A stretch of 20,000 nucleotides of DNA from an uncultured virus (IMG/VR IMGVR_UViG_3300027782_000075). Lineage: Duplodnaviria > Heunggongvirae > Uroviricota > Caudoviricetes. Position 1 is the stretch's first letter; the number at the start of each line of letters is the position of its first letter. Made by a program: the position numbers and the translations under genes. Positions 1 through 8,384 of the stretch are shown piece after piece. The notes under the pieces were generated by a model. It saw only the letters and a program-made list of their open reading frames with translations, did no database searches and was not told the DNA's origin. The DNA is taken from IMG/VR virus record IMGVR_UViG_3300027782_000075; one strand, written 5' to 3'.

Positions 1-2
1 AT

Positions 3-575
3 AAGTGGGGGACAATGTACAATGCATTCTGTGTAATTGATATTACAGGAGGTATGGGAGTTTCAACCGCCAGAAAAATGCAAGAATTACAATATCAACC
101 CGGATTGTATGTTGATGGAGTCGATACTTCTAACAAATGGAAGTGGGACCCGAAAATAAATGAAAAAATTCCTGGTATCAACTTCAACACAAAAAGAGTT
201 CAAATTATAGCCGCATTTGAAGAGGGGGTTAGACACGGATTTAAGATATATTCACATAGAACGTATAATGAGATGAATACCTTTGTATATATTCATGGAA
301 GACCTGATCACCAAAAAGGACAACATGATGATTGTATCATGGGTCTTTCCATGGCAATTTATGTTGCAGAGAAGTCATTTCAGTCATTAACAAAAGTTGT
401 TAACCACACAAAAGCCATGTTGAATTCGTGGTCTACTGTGATGAATGAAAATAAAAATACTTCAGATTTTTTTAATCCATTGGTACCTCAGATGGGAAGA
501 GACTCCAACTTGAGTAATAATGGGGCATCCAAAGCGGATTACCAAAAATATGGTTGGTTATTTGGTGCTAAATAA
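3..575 (+). CDS. terL: Terminase large subunit, C-terminal RNase H-like nuclease domain (5' truncated; T4 gp17-like)
   Basis: Frame is open from position 3 (KWGT precedes the M at 15). Motif KGQHDDCIMGLSMA resembles the HDD-x-V/I-M acidic motif of T4-like TerL. Immediately upstream of the portal gene. Confidence 0.9.
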   Translation, partial: KWGTMYNAFCVIDITGGMGVSTARKMQELQYQPGLYVDGVDTSNKWKWDPKINEKIPGINFNTKRVQIIAAFEEGVRHGFKIYSHRTYNEMNTFVYIHGRPDHQKGQHDDCIMGLSMAIYVAEKSFQSLTKVVNHTKAMLNSWSTVMNENKNTSDFFNPLVPQMGRDSNLSNNGASKADYQKYGWLFGAK

Positions 576-576
576 C

Positions 577-584
577 TATTTATA
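577..584 (+). promoter_or_regulatory. TATTTATA putative late promoter of portal gene
   Basis: Recurrent intergenic motif, 27 nt before ATG 612. Confidence 0.6.
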
Positions 585-611
585 TTACTGAGGTAAAGAG
601 TAAATTAGATT

Positions 612-2456
612 ATGGCAGAACAAAATATGACGGTTTGGCAAAGACTGTCACAAACATTTGGACCTAACTCATTATTAAATCAAGACTATCCAACATTCAA
701 GTTTGATAAAAAGGAACTCCTACGCACAAAAAGTAGAGAGGAGTATGAGAAAGAAAAACTTCAAGCACAACAAACATATTATCTTACCAATCAGTGGTCT
801 AAGGTTGAAAATAACCTTTATTCTCAGGCGATTTATTATGAACCTACAAGGTTATCTGCTCAGTATGACTACGAATCAATGGAATACACTCCTGAGATTT
901 CCGCAGCATTAGACATTTATGCCGAAGAGTCAACTACAACAAATGAGGACGGTTTCATATTACAAATTTATTCAGAATCTAAAAGAATTAAGGGAGTTCT
1001 TGCCGATTTATTTAACAATGCTTTAGACATCAACACCAATTTACCTATGTGGACAAGAAACACATGTAAATATGGTGATAACTTTGTATATCTGAAATTA
1101 GACCCTGAAAAAGGAATTGTTGGGGTACAACAATTACCGACTATTGAAATTGAAAGACATGAGGTTGGAGCAAGTGGTAAAATATCTGTCGATGTAAAAA
1201 ATGAAGTAGATAAAGATAAAAAGGCGTTACACTTCACATGGAAAAATAAAAATATGGAATTCCAATCTTGGGAAATTGCTCACTTCAGATTATTAGGTGA
1301 TGACAGAAAACTTCCATATGGAACTTCCATGTTAGAAAAAGCAAGACGTATTTGGAAACAACTTTTACTATCAGAAGATGCGATGTTAATTTATCGTACA
1401 TCAAGAGCCCCTGAGAGAAGAATGTTCAAAGTATTCGTTGGAAACATGAATGATGACGATGTTGAGGCTTATGTACAACGTGTTGCCAACAAGTTCAAAA
1501 GAGAACAAATTGTTGATAGTAAAACAGGTAACGTAGATATGAGATTCAATCAAATGGCGGTTGACCAAGATTATTTTATTCCTGTAAGAGACCCCGCAGC
1601 GCCAGACCCAATCTCAACATTACCTGGAGCAACTAACTTATCTGAAATTGCCGATATTGAATATATCCAAAAGAAATTGTTAACCGCCCTCCGAGTACCA
1701 AAGGCTTTCTTAGGATTTGAAGAAGTTGTTGGTGATGGTAAAAATTTGGCGTTACAAGATATACGATTTGCTCGTACCATCAACAGAATTCAAAAGAGTA
1801 TGATTGCCGAATTGAATAAAATTGCAATTGTACATTTATTTTTATTAGGATTTGAAGACGAACTTTCAAATTTCACAATTGGATTAACAAATCCATCTAC
1901 TCAAGCGGATTTACTTAAAATTGATGTTTGGAAAGAGAAAGTATTATTGTATAAAGATTTGGTTTCTGATCCAGGAAATGGAATTCAGGCAACTTCATCT
2001 ACATGGGCTAAGAAGCATATTTTTGGATGGTCAGATGACGAAGTTCGTTTGGACTTACAACAACAAAGAATTGAAAGAGCCGTTGGAGAAGAATTAAAAG
2101 CGACTCCAACTGTTATAACAAAAACTGGATTGTTTGATAATATTGACAAATTATATGGTAGCCAAACAGGGTCAACACCAACGGCAGGAGCTTCTACGAC
2201 AATGGACGGAGGAGAGGAATTAGGATCTCCACCATCATTTGGAGGAGGTGGTGGTGAGATACCTGGAGGAGAACCCGAGTTACCTCCAGCAGGTGAAGCT
2301 CCTCCCGCCGAAATAACACCAGAATCAAGGAAAAAAGATCTAAATATTTTAGTGGAAAATAATTTAATTGAAGGGTCTCGAATAATAAATTTGGGTCAGG
2401 GACAAGATTCTTTAGGAGAAATTTCAAAACACTTAGATAAGTTATTAAATTCATAA
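612..2456 (+). CDS. Portal vertex protein (T4 gp20-like)
   Basis: Motifs PEISAALDIYAEE, EDAMLIYRTSRAPERRMF, QDYFIPVR, ISTLPGATNL, DIEYIQKKLLTALRVPKAFL, DIRFARTINRIQ are typical of gp20-like portals. Synteny with TerL and protease. Confidence 0.95.
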   Translation: MAEQNMTVWQRLSQTFGPNSLLNQDYPTFKFDKKELLRTKSREEYEKEKLQAQQTYYLTNQWSKVENNLYSQAIYYEPTRLSAQYDYESMEYTPEISAALDIYAEESTTTNEDGFILQIYSESKRIKGVLADLFNNALDINTNLPMWTRNTCKYGDNFVYLKLDPEKGIVGVQQLPTIEIERHEVGASGKISVDVKNEVDKDKKALHFTWKNKNMEFQSWEIAHFRLLGDDRKLPYGTSMLEKARRIWKQLLLSEDAMLIYRTSRAPERRMFKVFVGNMNDDDVEAYVQRVANKFKREQIVDSKTGNVDMRFNQMAVDQDYFIPVRDPAAPDPISTLPGATNLSEIADIEYIQKKLLTALRVPKAFLGFEEVVGDGKNLALQDIRFARTINRIQKSMIAELNKIAIVHLFLLGFEDELSNFTIGLTNPSTQADLLKIDVWKEKVLLYKDLVSDPGNGIQATSSTWAKKHIFGWSDDEVRLDLQQQRIERAVGEELKATPTVITKTGLFDNIDKLYGSQTGSTPTAGASTTMDGGEELGSPPSFGGGGGEIPGGEPELPPAGEAPPAEITPESRKKDLNILVENNLIEGSRIINLGQGQDSLGEISKHLDKLLNS

Positions 2457-2464
2457 TATTTATT
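2457..2464 (+). promoter_or_regulatory. TATTTATT putative late promoter
   Basis: Recurrent motif, 13 nt before ATG 2478. Confidence 0.55.
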
Positions 2465-2477
2465 TGAAAAAGACACA

Positions 2478-3176
2478 ATGACCTTCGGAATAGTAAAATC
2501 CCTAATAGAAAAAAATCTCTTGGAATCATACAAAAATGAAATGGAATTCAAGAAGACTTTACGAGAATTCAAACACAACGTTTTGAATAATAAAGCTATG
2601 TCTAAAGCGTACGACATTTATAGTCAACTGAGTTCACCTCAAGGTTTAGGTGAACAAGATGCAAAAGATTTTATTGAAGAAGGGATTTCTTTATTAAACA
2701 AAATTTTACCAAGTATTAAACTTCCAATTACTCTTTCCGAAAAAACTGAAAACAATTATACCGAAATTGATACATTAGTTTATAACCAAGGTGTTAATTT
2801 ACTTGAAAGATTAAATGCGAAGAAAAATATTTTGAAGGTGGTTACATCAACTAAAGAAACAATTAAAGAAAATATTAATATTCCGATTAGTTCTATGGTT
2901 ACCATAGCAAACCAAACAGTTAATAACTACATACTTAGTTTAGATGAAAATTCTAAAAAAGAATTTTTTCAAATAGTTTCTGAAGATGTCAAAACTTTGG
3001 AAGCAAAATTTGAAACAATTAAGGAAAGTGCAATATCTAAATTGACGGAACTCCAAAATAGTGAAGATTCGCAAGATATTAAAACAAAAATTTCAGAAAC
3101 AATCGATAAAGTTAAGTCTGAAAAGTTTGACCAATTGAATTTTTTGAAATTAAAAAATTTGGAAGAATCAATTTGA
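2478..3176 (+). CDS. Hypothetical helical protein, possible prohead core component
   Basis: 232-aa ORF in the position T4 gp67/gp68 occupy (between portal and protease). Preceded by the TATTTAT motif. Several L/I-x-E sites. Function inferred from position only. Confidence 0.6.
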   Translation: MTFGIVKSLIEKNLLESYKNEMEFKKTLREFKHNVLNNKAMSKAYDIYSQLSSPQGLGEQDAKDFIEEGISLLNKILPSIKLPITLSEKTENNYTEIDTLVYNQGVNLLERLNAKKNILKVVTSTKETIKENINIPISSMVTIANQTVNNYILSLDENSKKEFFQIVSEDVKTLEAKFETIKESAISKLTELQNSEDSQDIKTKISETIDKVKSEKFDQLNFLKLKNLEESI

Positions 3177-3359
3177 TTGGTCTTTAATACTTTGAATATA
3201 TTTCGCTTTTAGAATCTGTGCTCTTCTAAGTACAGATTTTTTTGTATATTCTCTTTTCTCGAATAAAATCTGATTTTGCTTTGTTTTGATTACTTTTGAC
3301 TTTAGGGTTTTGAGGGCTTTCTCAATATTGTTACCCTGATTAATTTTAATTATTATCAT
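3168..3359 (-). CDS. rpsU: Phage-encoded 30S ribosomal protein bS21, Bacteroidota type
   Basis: 63 aa, basic. Pattern MIII...NIEKALK.LK.K...YTKKSVLRRAQILKAKYIQ matches bS21 (I-x-x-A-L-K; F/Y-x-K-P-S). C-terminal KAxYIQ with Tyr at position 54 as in Flavobacterium bS21. Confidence 0.92.
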   Translation of the reverse strand: MIIIKINQGNNIEKALKTLKSKVIKTKQNQILFEKREYTKKSVLRRAQILKAKYIQSIKDQSN

Positions 3360-3363
3360 ATAT

Positions 3364-3371
3364 TAGAAATA
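3364..3371 (-). promoter_or_regulatory. TATTTCTA, one-mismatch variant of the late motif, 4 nt before the bS21 ATG
   Basis: Minus strand reads GATATTTCTAATATATG; same geometry as the copy at 17794-17801. Confidence 0.4.
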
Positions 3372-3390
3372 TCTTCAAGTATAAAAAAAT

Positions 3391-3420
3391 TTTGACATTT
3401 ATGTATATATTGTATATTTT
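3391..3420 (+). promoter_or_regulatory. Candidate host-type promoter for the 3459 gene
   Basis: TTGACA (3392-3397) with 17 nt to TATTTT. Also readable as Bacteroidota-style TTTG (3391-3394), 18 nt, TATATTTT (one mismatch to TAnnTTTG). Confidence 0.4.
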
Positions 3421-3458
3421 TTCATTAACAAAAATAAACATACGTAATATCATTATTA

Positions 3459-3896
3459 ATGAAAAAAGGAAAAAGTGTTAAACTTAACCTATTCAATCCT
3501 ATTAAGTCCCAATACGGGACAGTAGATTCCAAAAACTTAAAATCGGTTTATATAAATATTCAATCATGGGTTACACCAAAAGATGAGTTAGATAATTGGA
3601 ACCGAATTGTATCTGGTTTAGGAAGAGAAATAAAAAATTCAGTTTTTGAATCAATTGATTCAAAAATTTTTCAAGAAAAAAATATTGTTGATTTGGACCT
3701 AAGAACAAGTGGAATTTCTAAAGGGAAAAAATCATTTTTCAACTTAGAAATTAATCTATACACTCTCCGAGAGATGGATTTCAAATCTGATGAAATAAAA
3801 GAATCCATAAAAAACATTGTCAAATCAATCTATAAAAATAACGTAGTTCAGAACAAATACTTCGAATTTTCAATTTCTAAAAAAGACGAAATTTAG
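3459..3896 (+). CDS. Hypothetical protein (alpha/beta, basic), divergent from bS21
   Basis: 145-aa ORF with A-rich leader; fills the gap between bS21 and the protease gene. No family recognised. Confidence 0.7.
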   Translation: MKKGKSVKLNLFNPIKSQYGTVDSKNLKSVYINIQSWVTPKDELDNWNRIVSGLGREIKNSVFESIDSKIFQEKNIVDLDLRTSGISKGKKSFFNLEINLYTLREMDFKSDEIKESIKNIVKSIYKNNVVQNKYFEFSISKKDEI

Positions 3897-3915
3897 CAAA
3901 CTATCTGAATCCGTA

Positions 3916-3923
3916 TATTTATC
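3916..3923 (+). promoter_or_regulatory. TATTTATC putative late promoter of protease gene
   Basis: Recurrent motif, 12 nt before ATG 3936. Confidence 0.55.
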
Positions 3924-3935
3924 TTAAAAGATTAG

Positions 3936-4652
3936 ATGAAAAATTTAAGAATTTTAGAAGCGAGCGAGCTTGGCCACGGTATATTAATTGAAATGGACGC
4001 TGGTTGGGTTTCTCCGAAAGATGCTCAGAATATTGACATTATAAAAGAAGCATCCAATTTAGATTATAGAAATCCATTTGAATTTTACGCAGTACTTCAA
4101 AAATATGATACTCCAAATAGAAATGGTAGAACATATCCTGAGAGGATTCTAAAAAGAGAGGCAGATAGATATAAACAATCTATTTCTAAGGGGTTGTCAA
4201 CATCTGAATTAAATCACCCTGAATCATCATTAATTGACTTGGACAGAGTATCTCACATCATTACCGATATATGGTGGGATAAAAATATACTCATGGGAAA
4301 ACTCAAATTATTGACATCTCCAGGGTTTCACGAAAGAGGGATTGTTTCGACTAAAGGAGACCAAGCCGCCAACCTAATGAGACAAGGGGTAACTTTAGGT
4401 ATTTCTTCAAGAGGTGTTGGGTCGTTGAAGAAAGTAGGAGAAAGAAATGAAGTACAAGATGACTTTGAACTAATCTGTTTTGATTTGGTATCTTCACCTT
4501 CAACTCCAGGAGCATATCTTTTTACTAATCCTGATGAACGAAGTAAATATGAAGAAAATTTAGAGGAGGAAATAAAATCTAAACAAAATAATGAGTACGC
4601 TGAAAAGTCAGTTGACTTAATGAAAAAATTAGACGATTTTTTAAGAAAATAA
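3936..4652 (+). CDS. Prohead core maturation protease (T4 gp21-like)
   Basis: Motifs NRNGRTYP, ELNHP (catalytic His), VSHII, GISSRGVGS (catalytic Ser), FDLVSSPSTPGAY. Confidence 0.95.
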   Translation: MKNLRILEASELGHGILIEMDAGWVSPKDAQNIDIIKEASNLDYRNPFEFYAVLQKYDTPNRNGRTYPERILKREADRYKQSISKGLSTSELNHPESSLIDLDRVSHIITDIWWDKNILMGKLKLLTSPGFHERGIVSTKGDQAANLMRQGVTLGISSRGVGSLKKVGERNEVQDDFELICFDLVSSPSTPGAYLFTNPDERSKYEENLEEEIKSKQNNEYAEKSVDLMKKLDDFLRK

Positions 4653-4656
4653 AATT

Positions 4657-4866
4657 ATGGAAGAAAAATATTTTGTAGCAAAAATTCAGTACGATTTTCC
4701 TGATGAAAACACAGGTAAGATTAAAAAAGTTAGAGAAGAGAAACTAGTAAAAGGTTACTCTGTCACAGACGTTGAAGCAAAAGTAACCAAGAAATATGAG
4801 GGGTTTACTCATGATTGGAGAATCACTGCTGTGTCTGAAAGTAAAATCGACGAGGTAATTGAGTAA
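4657..4866 (+). CDS. Small DUF4494-like protein (single domain)
   Basis: YFVAKIQY..DENTGKIKKVREEKLVKGYSVTDVEAKV...WRITAVSESKIDEV resembles one repeat of the Bacteroidota DUF4494 family (recalled pattern). Confidence 0.65.
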   Translation: MEEKYFVAKIQYDFPDENTGKIKKVREEKLVKGYSVTDVEAKVTKKYEGFTHDWRITAVSESKIDEVIE

Positions 4867-4892
4867 TCAACATTATTAAACTGAAACAAATG

Positions 4893-4917
4893 AAGTGGTC
4901 TATTGACCACTTTTTTT
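4893..4917 (+). terminator. Intrinsic terminator
   Basis: AAGTGGTC-TATT-GACCACTT followed by a T tract, 26 nt after the stop at 4866. Confidence 0.85.
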
Positions 4918-4959
4918 ATTTTAGGGATATCGTGAAATGACTTTTTTTCATTTTGGTAC

Positions 4960-4967
4960 TATTTATA
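4960..4967 (+). promoter_or_regulatory. TATTTATA putative late promoter of scaffold-capsid operon
   Basis: Motif lies downstream of a terminator, where transcription must restart; 24 nt before ATG 4992. Confidence 0.65.
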
Positions 4968-4991
4968 TGATAAATTAAACAATTTTTTTCT

Positions 4992-6530
4992 ATGCAAGAA
5001 AATAAAAACTTAGTACAGGAGGCGTTAATTCAAATGAAAAATGTTGAAGAAGCTATCGCCCAGAACGCAAAAGGAATACTTGCTTCTACTATGAAGGAAG
5101 AAATCAACCAATTAGTAAAAGAATCTCTATCAGAACAAGACATGGAAGATGAGGTTGAATTAGATACAGACATCGAAATGGATGAACCTGTTGATAATGA
5201 AGATGATATGGAAATGGACATGGAATTTGACATGGACATGGATATGGATTCAGAAGAAAGTCCAATAGATTTGACTGACGCTTCTGACGAAGAAATTCTG
5301 AAGGTGTTCAAGGCCATGGGTGAAGAAGATGGCATCATCGTAAAAAAAGATGGTGAAGATATTCACTTAACCGATAATGACACCGATTCTGAATACTTAG
5401 TTAAGCTTGGTGAGTCTGAAGAAGACGAAGAAGAATTAGACGAAACAATGCACATGGATGAAATGGATGACATGGATCTTGACACAGAAGATGTTATCAA
5501 TGCAATTTTCTCTAAAGATGGCGATGTTGAAGACATCGACATGGAGGATGAAGAAGTTATGTACGAAATTGAATTTAACGAAGAAGATGATGACATGATG
5601 GAACAAGAAGATGATGACATGATGGAAGAAGAAGATGACGACATGATGGAAGAAGAAGATTTGGACGAATCTTACAACCACAGAAGATCTGTTAGAGAAG
5701 GTAAATCGACAGTAAAACCTAAGGGTGTTGGAATTGGGTCTGGACCAAAATTCACTTACAAAGATAAAGCTAAAGGCGGATTCGATGAAAAGAAGAAAGA
5801 AGGACCAAAATCAGTTGGTACTGGTAAACCAAAATTCGAATACAAGAAAGGTGAAAATATGGAACAAAAATCCAAAGTTGTTAAGGCAGAAACAAAAGAA
5901 GGTCAAGGATACAAAGACAAAGAGGATGAAAGATTGGCAATGAAACATGGTAAAATTGCTTCAAAAGATCTTAAAACTACTAAGGCTCGTAGAGATGACG
6001 CAGGTTTTGAAAAAAGAGAAACCAAAGAGGCGGCTAGAACTTATGGAATGGGTTCAAAAGAAGGACGAGGACTAAGAAAAGGTATTACTAATAACAGAAA
6101 TTATGTTTATGGTAAAAACGGAGTAAAAGTTGAATCCACAGAATCAGAAGTTAATGTGTTGAGAGAAAAGAATGAAGAGTACAGAAAAGCATTAAATATT
6201 TTCAGAGAAAAACTTAATGAAGTTGCTATCTTCAACTCAAACTTGGCATATGCTACAAGATTGTTCACTGAACATTCGACCACTAAAAAAGAGAAAATTA
6301 ATATTCTTAGAAGATTCGATAATGTAGATACTTTGAAAGAATCTAAAAATCTTTATAGGTCAATTAAAGATGAATTGTCTAAAACTGAAAGTACACCAAT
6401 TAACGAATCAGTAGAAGCTAAATTAAACAAGAATGTTTCTACAGGTTCATCAACTACCCTAATTGAATCAAAAACTTATGAGAATCCTCAATTCTTAAGA
6501 ATGAAAGATTTGATGAGTAAAATTGGGTAA
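4992..6530 (+). CDS. Prohead core scaffolding protein (T4 gp22 analogue)
   Basis: Between protease and capsid genes. Coiled-coil ends, long D/E/M-rich region, K/G-rich region, many L/I/V-x-E sites, C-terminal FLRMKDLM helix. Confidence 0.8.
   Translation: MQENKNLVQEALIQMKNVEEAIAQNAKGILASTMKEEINQLVKESLSEQDMEDEVELDTDIEMDEPVDNEDDMEMDMEFDMDMDMDSEESPIDLTDASDEEILKVFKAMGEEDGIIVKKDGEDIHLTDNDTDSEYLVKLGESEEDEEELDETMHMDEMDDMDLDTEDVINAIFSKDGDVEDIDMEDEEVMYEIEFNEEDDDMMEQEDDDMMEEEDDDMMEEEDLDESYNHRRSVREGKSTVKPKGVGIGSGPKFTYKDKAKGGFDEKKKEGPKSVGTGKPKFEYKKGENMEQKSKVVKAETKEGQGYKDKEDERLAMKHGKIASKDLKTTKARRDDAGFEKRETKEAARTYGMGSKEGRGLRKGITNNRNYVYGKNGVKVESTESEVNVLREKNEEYRKALNIFREKLNEVAIFNSNLAYATRLFTEHSTTKKEKINILRRFDNVDTLKESKNLYRSIKDELSKTESTPINESVEAKLNKNVSTGSSTTLIESKTYENPQFLRMKDLMSKIG
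5580..5660 (+). repeat. In-frame 24-bp tandem repeat (~3.4 copies) encoding E(E/Q)EDDDMM
   Basis: gaacaagaagatgatgacatgatg (5601-5624), gaagaagaagatgacgacatgatg (5625-5648) and partial flanking copies. Confidence 0.85.
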
Positions 6531-6572
6531 TCAAAATTAAATAAACAAATAAAACAAAACAAAATACTAAAA

Positions 6573-8366
6573 ATGGGAGCATTATTAGAATCAGGTCTTG
6601 TAGGTAACATCGGTCTTAAGCACCTTAAAGTTATCAAAGAAGACACAATCAACAAATGGGACAAATTAGGATTCTTAGAGGGTCTTAAGGGTCACATGAG
6701 AGAGAACGTAGCTCAACTTTATGAAAACCAAGCTTCTCACTTAATCAACGAAGCATCATCTACATCTGATACAGGTGCATTTGAGACAGTGGTTTTCCCT
6801 ATCGTTAGAAGAGTTTTCTCTAAATTATTAGCAAACGATATCGTTTCAGTACAAGCAATGAACTTACCAATCGGTAAATTATTCTACTTCGTACCTAACA
6901 TCCAATCTTATGAGAATGGACAGAATCAACACTGGGCTCCTTACGGATCACCAAACGCTGCGGCTGACCAAACTCCTAATTCAGGATATGATTACAACTT
7001 AACTAAAGACCTTTACGATAGATTCTACGAAGGTAACGAACCAGCGTTGGATCCACCAGGTTTATTCGACTATTCAAAAGGACAGTTTTCAGCGATTACT
7101 GCTGACGTTACAACTGTAGCATGGGCTGGAAGCAACTTGATTCCTTCAGCGTATACTCTTTCTGATTACAGAAAAGTATTGATAGTTATGTCAGGTTTTG
7201 CTTCTGATGGAGCAGGTAAGTTAATTGGTCCTGATGGTCAACCAATGGATAACGAAGCATTCTTATCTGATTTGACTGTTTATGGTTCAGCTGGTAACGT
7301 TTACACTTCAGCTAACACATCAAACCCTTACTTATTCAGAGTTGTAACTCAGAGATATGGTAAAGGTATTGTAGAATATGGTAATAACAACCAAACGTTG
7401 GTATTCCCTAACAGTAAGACAGATGGTGGTCAGTTTGACAACGTTTGTGACGCTGAAGGTAAAATCTACTTAGAAGTTGATTTACAAGTACCAGTATGTA
7501 TCACTTGCGGTGGTTCATTAGATGGTTACACTGGTTCAACATTCGCGTCAACAATCGCAACTAACTCTCAAGCATTCTCAGCAACTTATAGAATCTATAA
7601 GAACTTGGAATTCGAAGACAGAATTGGTGAAGTTTCTTTTGACCTTATGTCTGTAACAGTTTCTGTAACTGAAAGAAAATTAAGAGCACAGTGGTCTCCA
7701 GAAATGGCACAGGACGTTGCGGCATTCCACAACATCGACGCTGAGGCTGAATTAACAGCATTGTTATCTGAGCAAGTTGCAGCTGAAATCGATAGAGAAA
7801 TCTTGAGAGACCTTAGAAAAGCTGCAGCTTGGAACTTAAGATGGGATTACAATGGATGGAAGAGATTAGGTTCTTCTGCAGTACCTTATACTCAGAAAGA
7901 CTGGAACCAAACTCTTATCACAGCAATCAACCAAATTTCTGCACAAATCCACAAGTCAACATTGAGAGGTGGAGCTAACTGGATCGTTGTTTCTTCTGAA
8001 ATCAGTGCTATCTTTGATGACTTGGAATACTTCCACGTATCAAACGCAGCTCCTGAGCAGGATCAGTACAACATGGGTATTGAAAGAGTTGGTACATTAG
8101 CAGGTCGTTACCAAGTGTATAGAGACCCTTACTTCCCACCAAACCAAGTATTGATGGGTCACAAAGGAACTTCTCTATTGGACACAGGTTACATCTACGC
8201 ACCGTATGTACCTCTACAATTAACTCCTACAATGTACAATCCGTTTAACTTTACTCCGATTAAGGGTATTATGACGAGATACGCTAAGAAAGTTGTCAAC
8301 AATCGCTTTTACGGACGAATTACAGTTGATGGTGTTAGAACATTTGACTTGAGAGAATTGAGATAA
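6573..8366 (+). CDS. Major capsid protein (T4 gp23-like)
   Basis: Motifs FPIVRRVF..LLANDIVSVQAMNLPIG, RKLRAQWSPEMAQD..AFHNIDAEAELT.LLSEQVAAEIDREI, GGANWIVVS, GTLAGRYQVYRDPY, GYIYAPYVPL, GIMTRYA. Codon choices typical of high expression (TTC/AAC/ATC/TAC). Confidence 0.97.
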   Translation: MGALLESGLVGNIGLKHLKVIKEDTINKWDKLGFLEGLKGHMRENVAQLYENQASHLINEASSTSDTGAFETVVFPIVRRVFSKLLANDIVSVQAMNLPIGKLFYFVPNIQSYENGQNQHWAPYGSPNAAADQTPNSGYDYNLTKDLYDRFYEGNEPALDPPGLFDYSKGQFSAITADVTTVAWAGSNLIPSAYTLSDYRKVLIVMSGFASDGAGKLIGPDGQPMDNEAFLSDLTVYGSAGNVYTSANTSNPYLFRVVTQRYGKGIVEYGNNNQTLVFPNSKTDGGQFDNVCDAEGKIYLEVDLQVPVCITCGGSLDGYTGSTFASTIATNSQAFSATYRIYKNLEFEDRIGEVSFDLMSVTVSVTERKLRAQWSPEMAQDVAAFHNIDAEAELTALLSEQVAAEIDREILRDLRKAAAWNLRWDYNGWKRLGSSAVPYTQKDWNQTLITAINQISAQIHKSTLRGGANWIVVSSEISAIFDDLEYFHVSNAAPEQDQYNMGIERVGTLAGRYQVYRDPYFPPNQVLMGHKGTSLLDTGYIYAPYVPLQLTPTMYNPFNFTPIKGIMTRYAKKVVNNRFYGRITVDGVRTFDLRELR

Positions 8367-8384
8367 TCGAAATTTCGATATGGT

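Noticed and set aside
4934..4954. Weak hairpin AAATGA-N7-TCATTT upstream of the scaffold promoter motif
   Set aside because: Short AT-rich stem, not distinguishable from chance.
5580..5660. Tandem repeat as possible CRISPR array
   Set aside because: No spacers; the 24-bp unit is in frame inside a coding sequence.
1..8366. Introns, inteins or homing endonucleases in terminase, portal or capsid genes
   Set aside because: ORFs are continuous, and I saw no intein splice or LAGLIDADG/HNH/GIY-YIG motifs.
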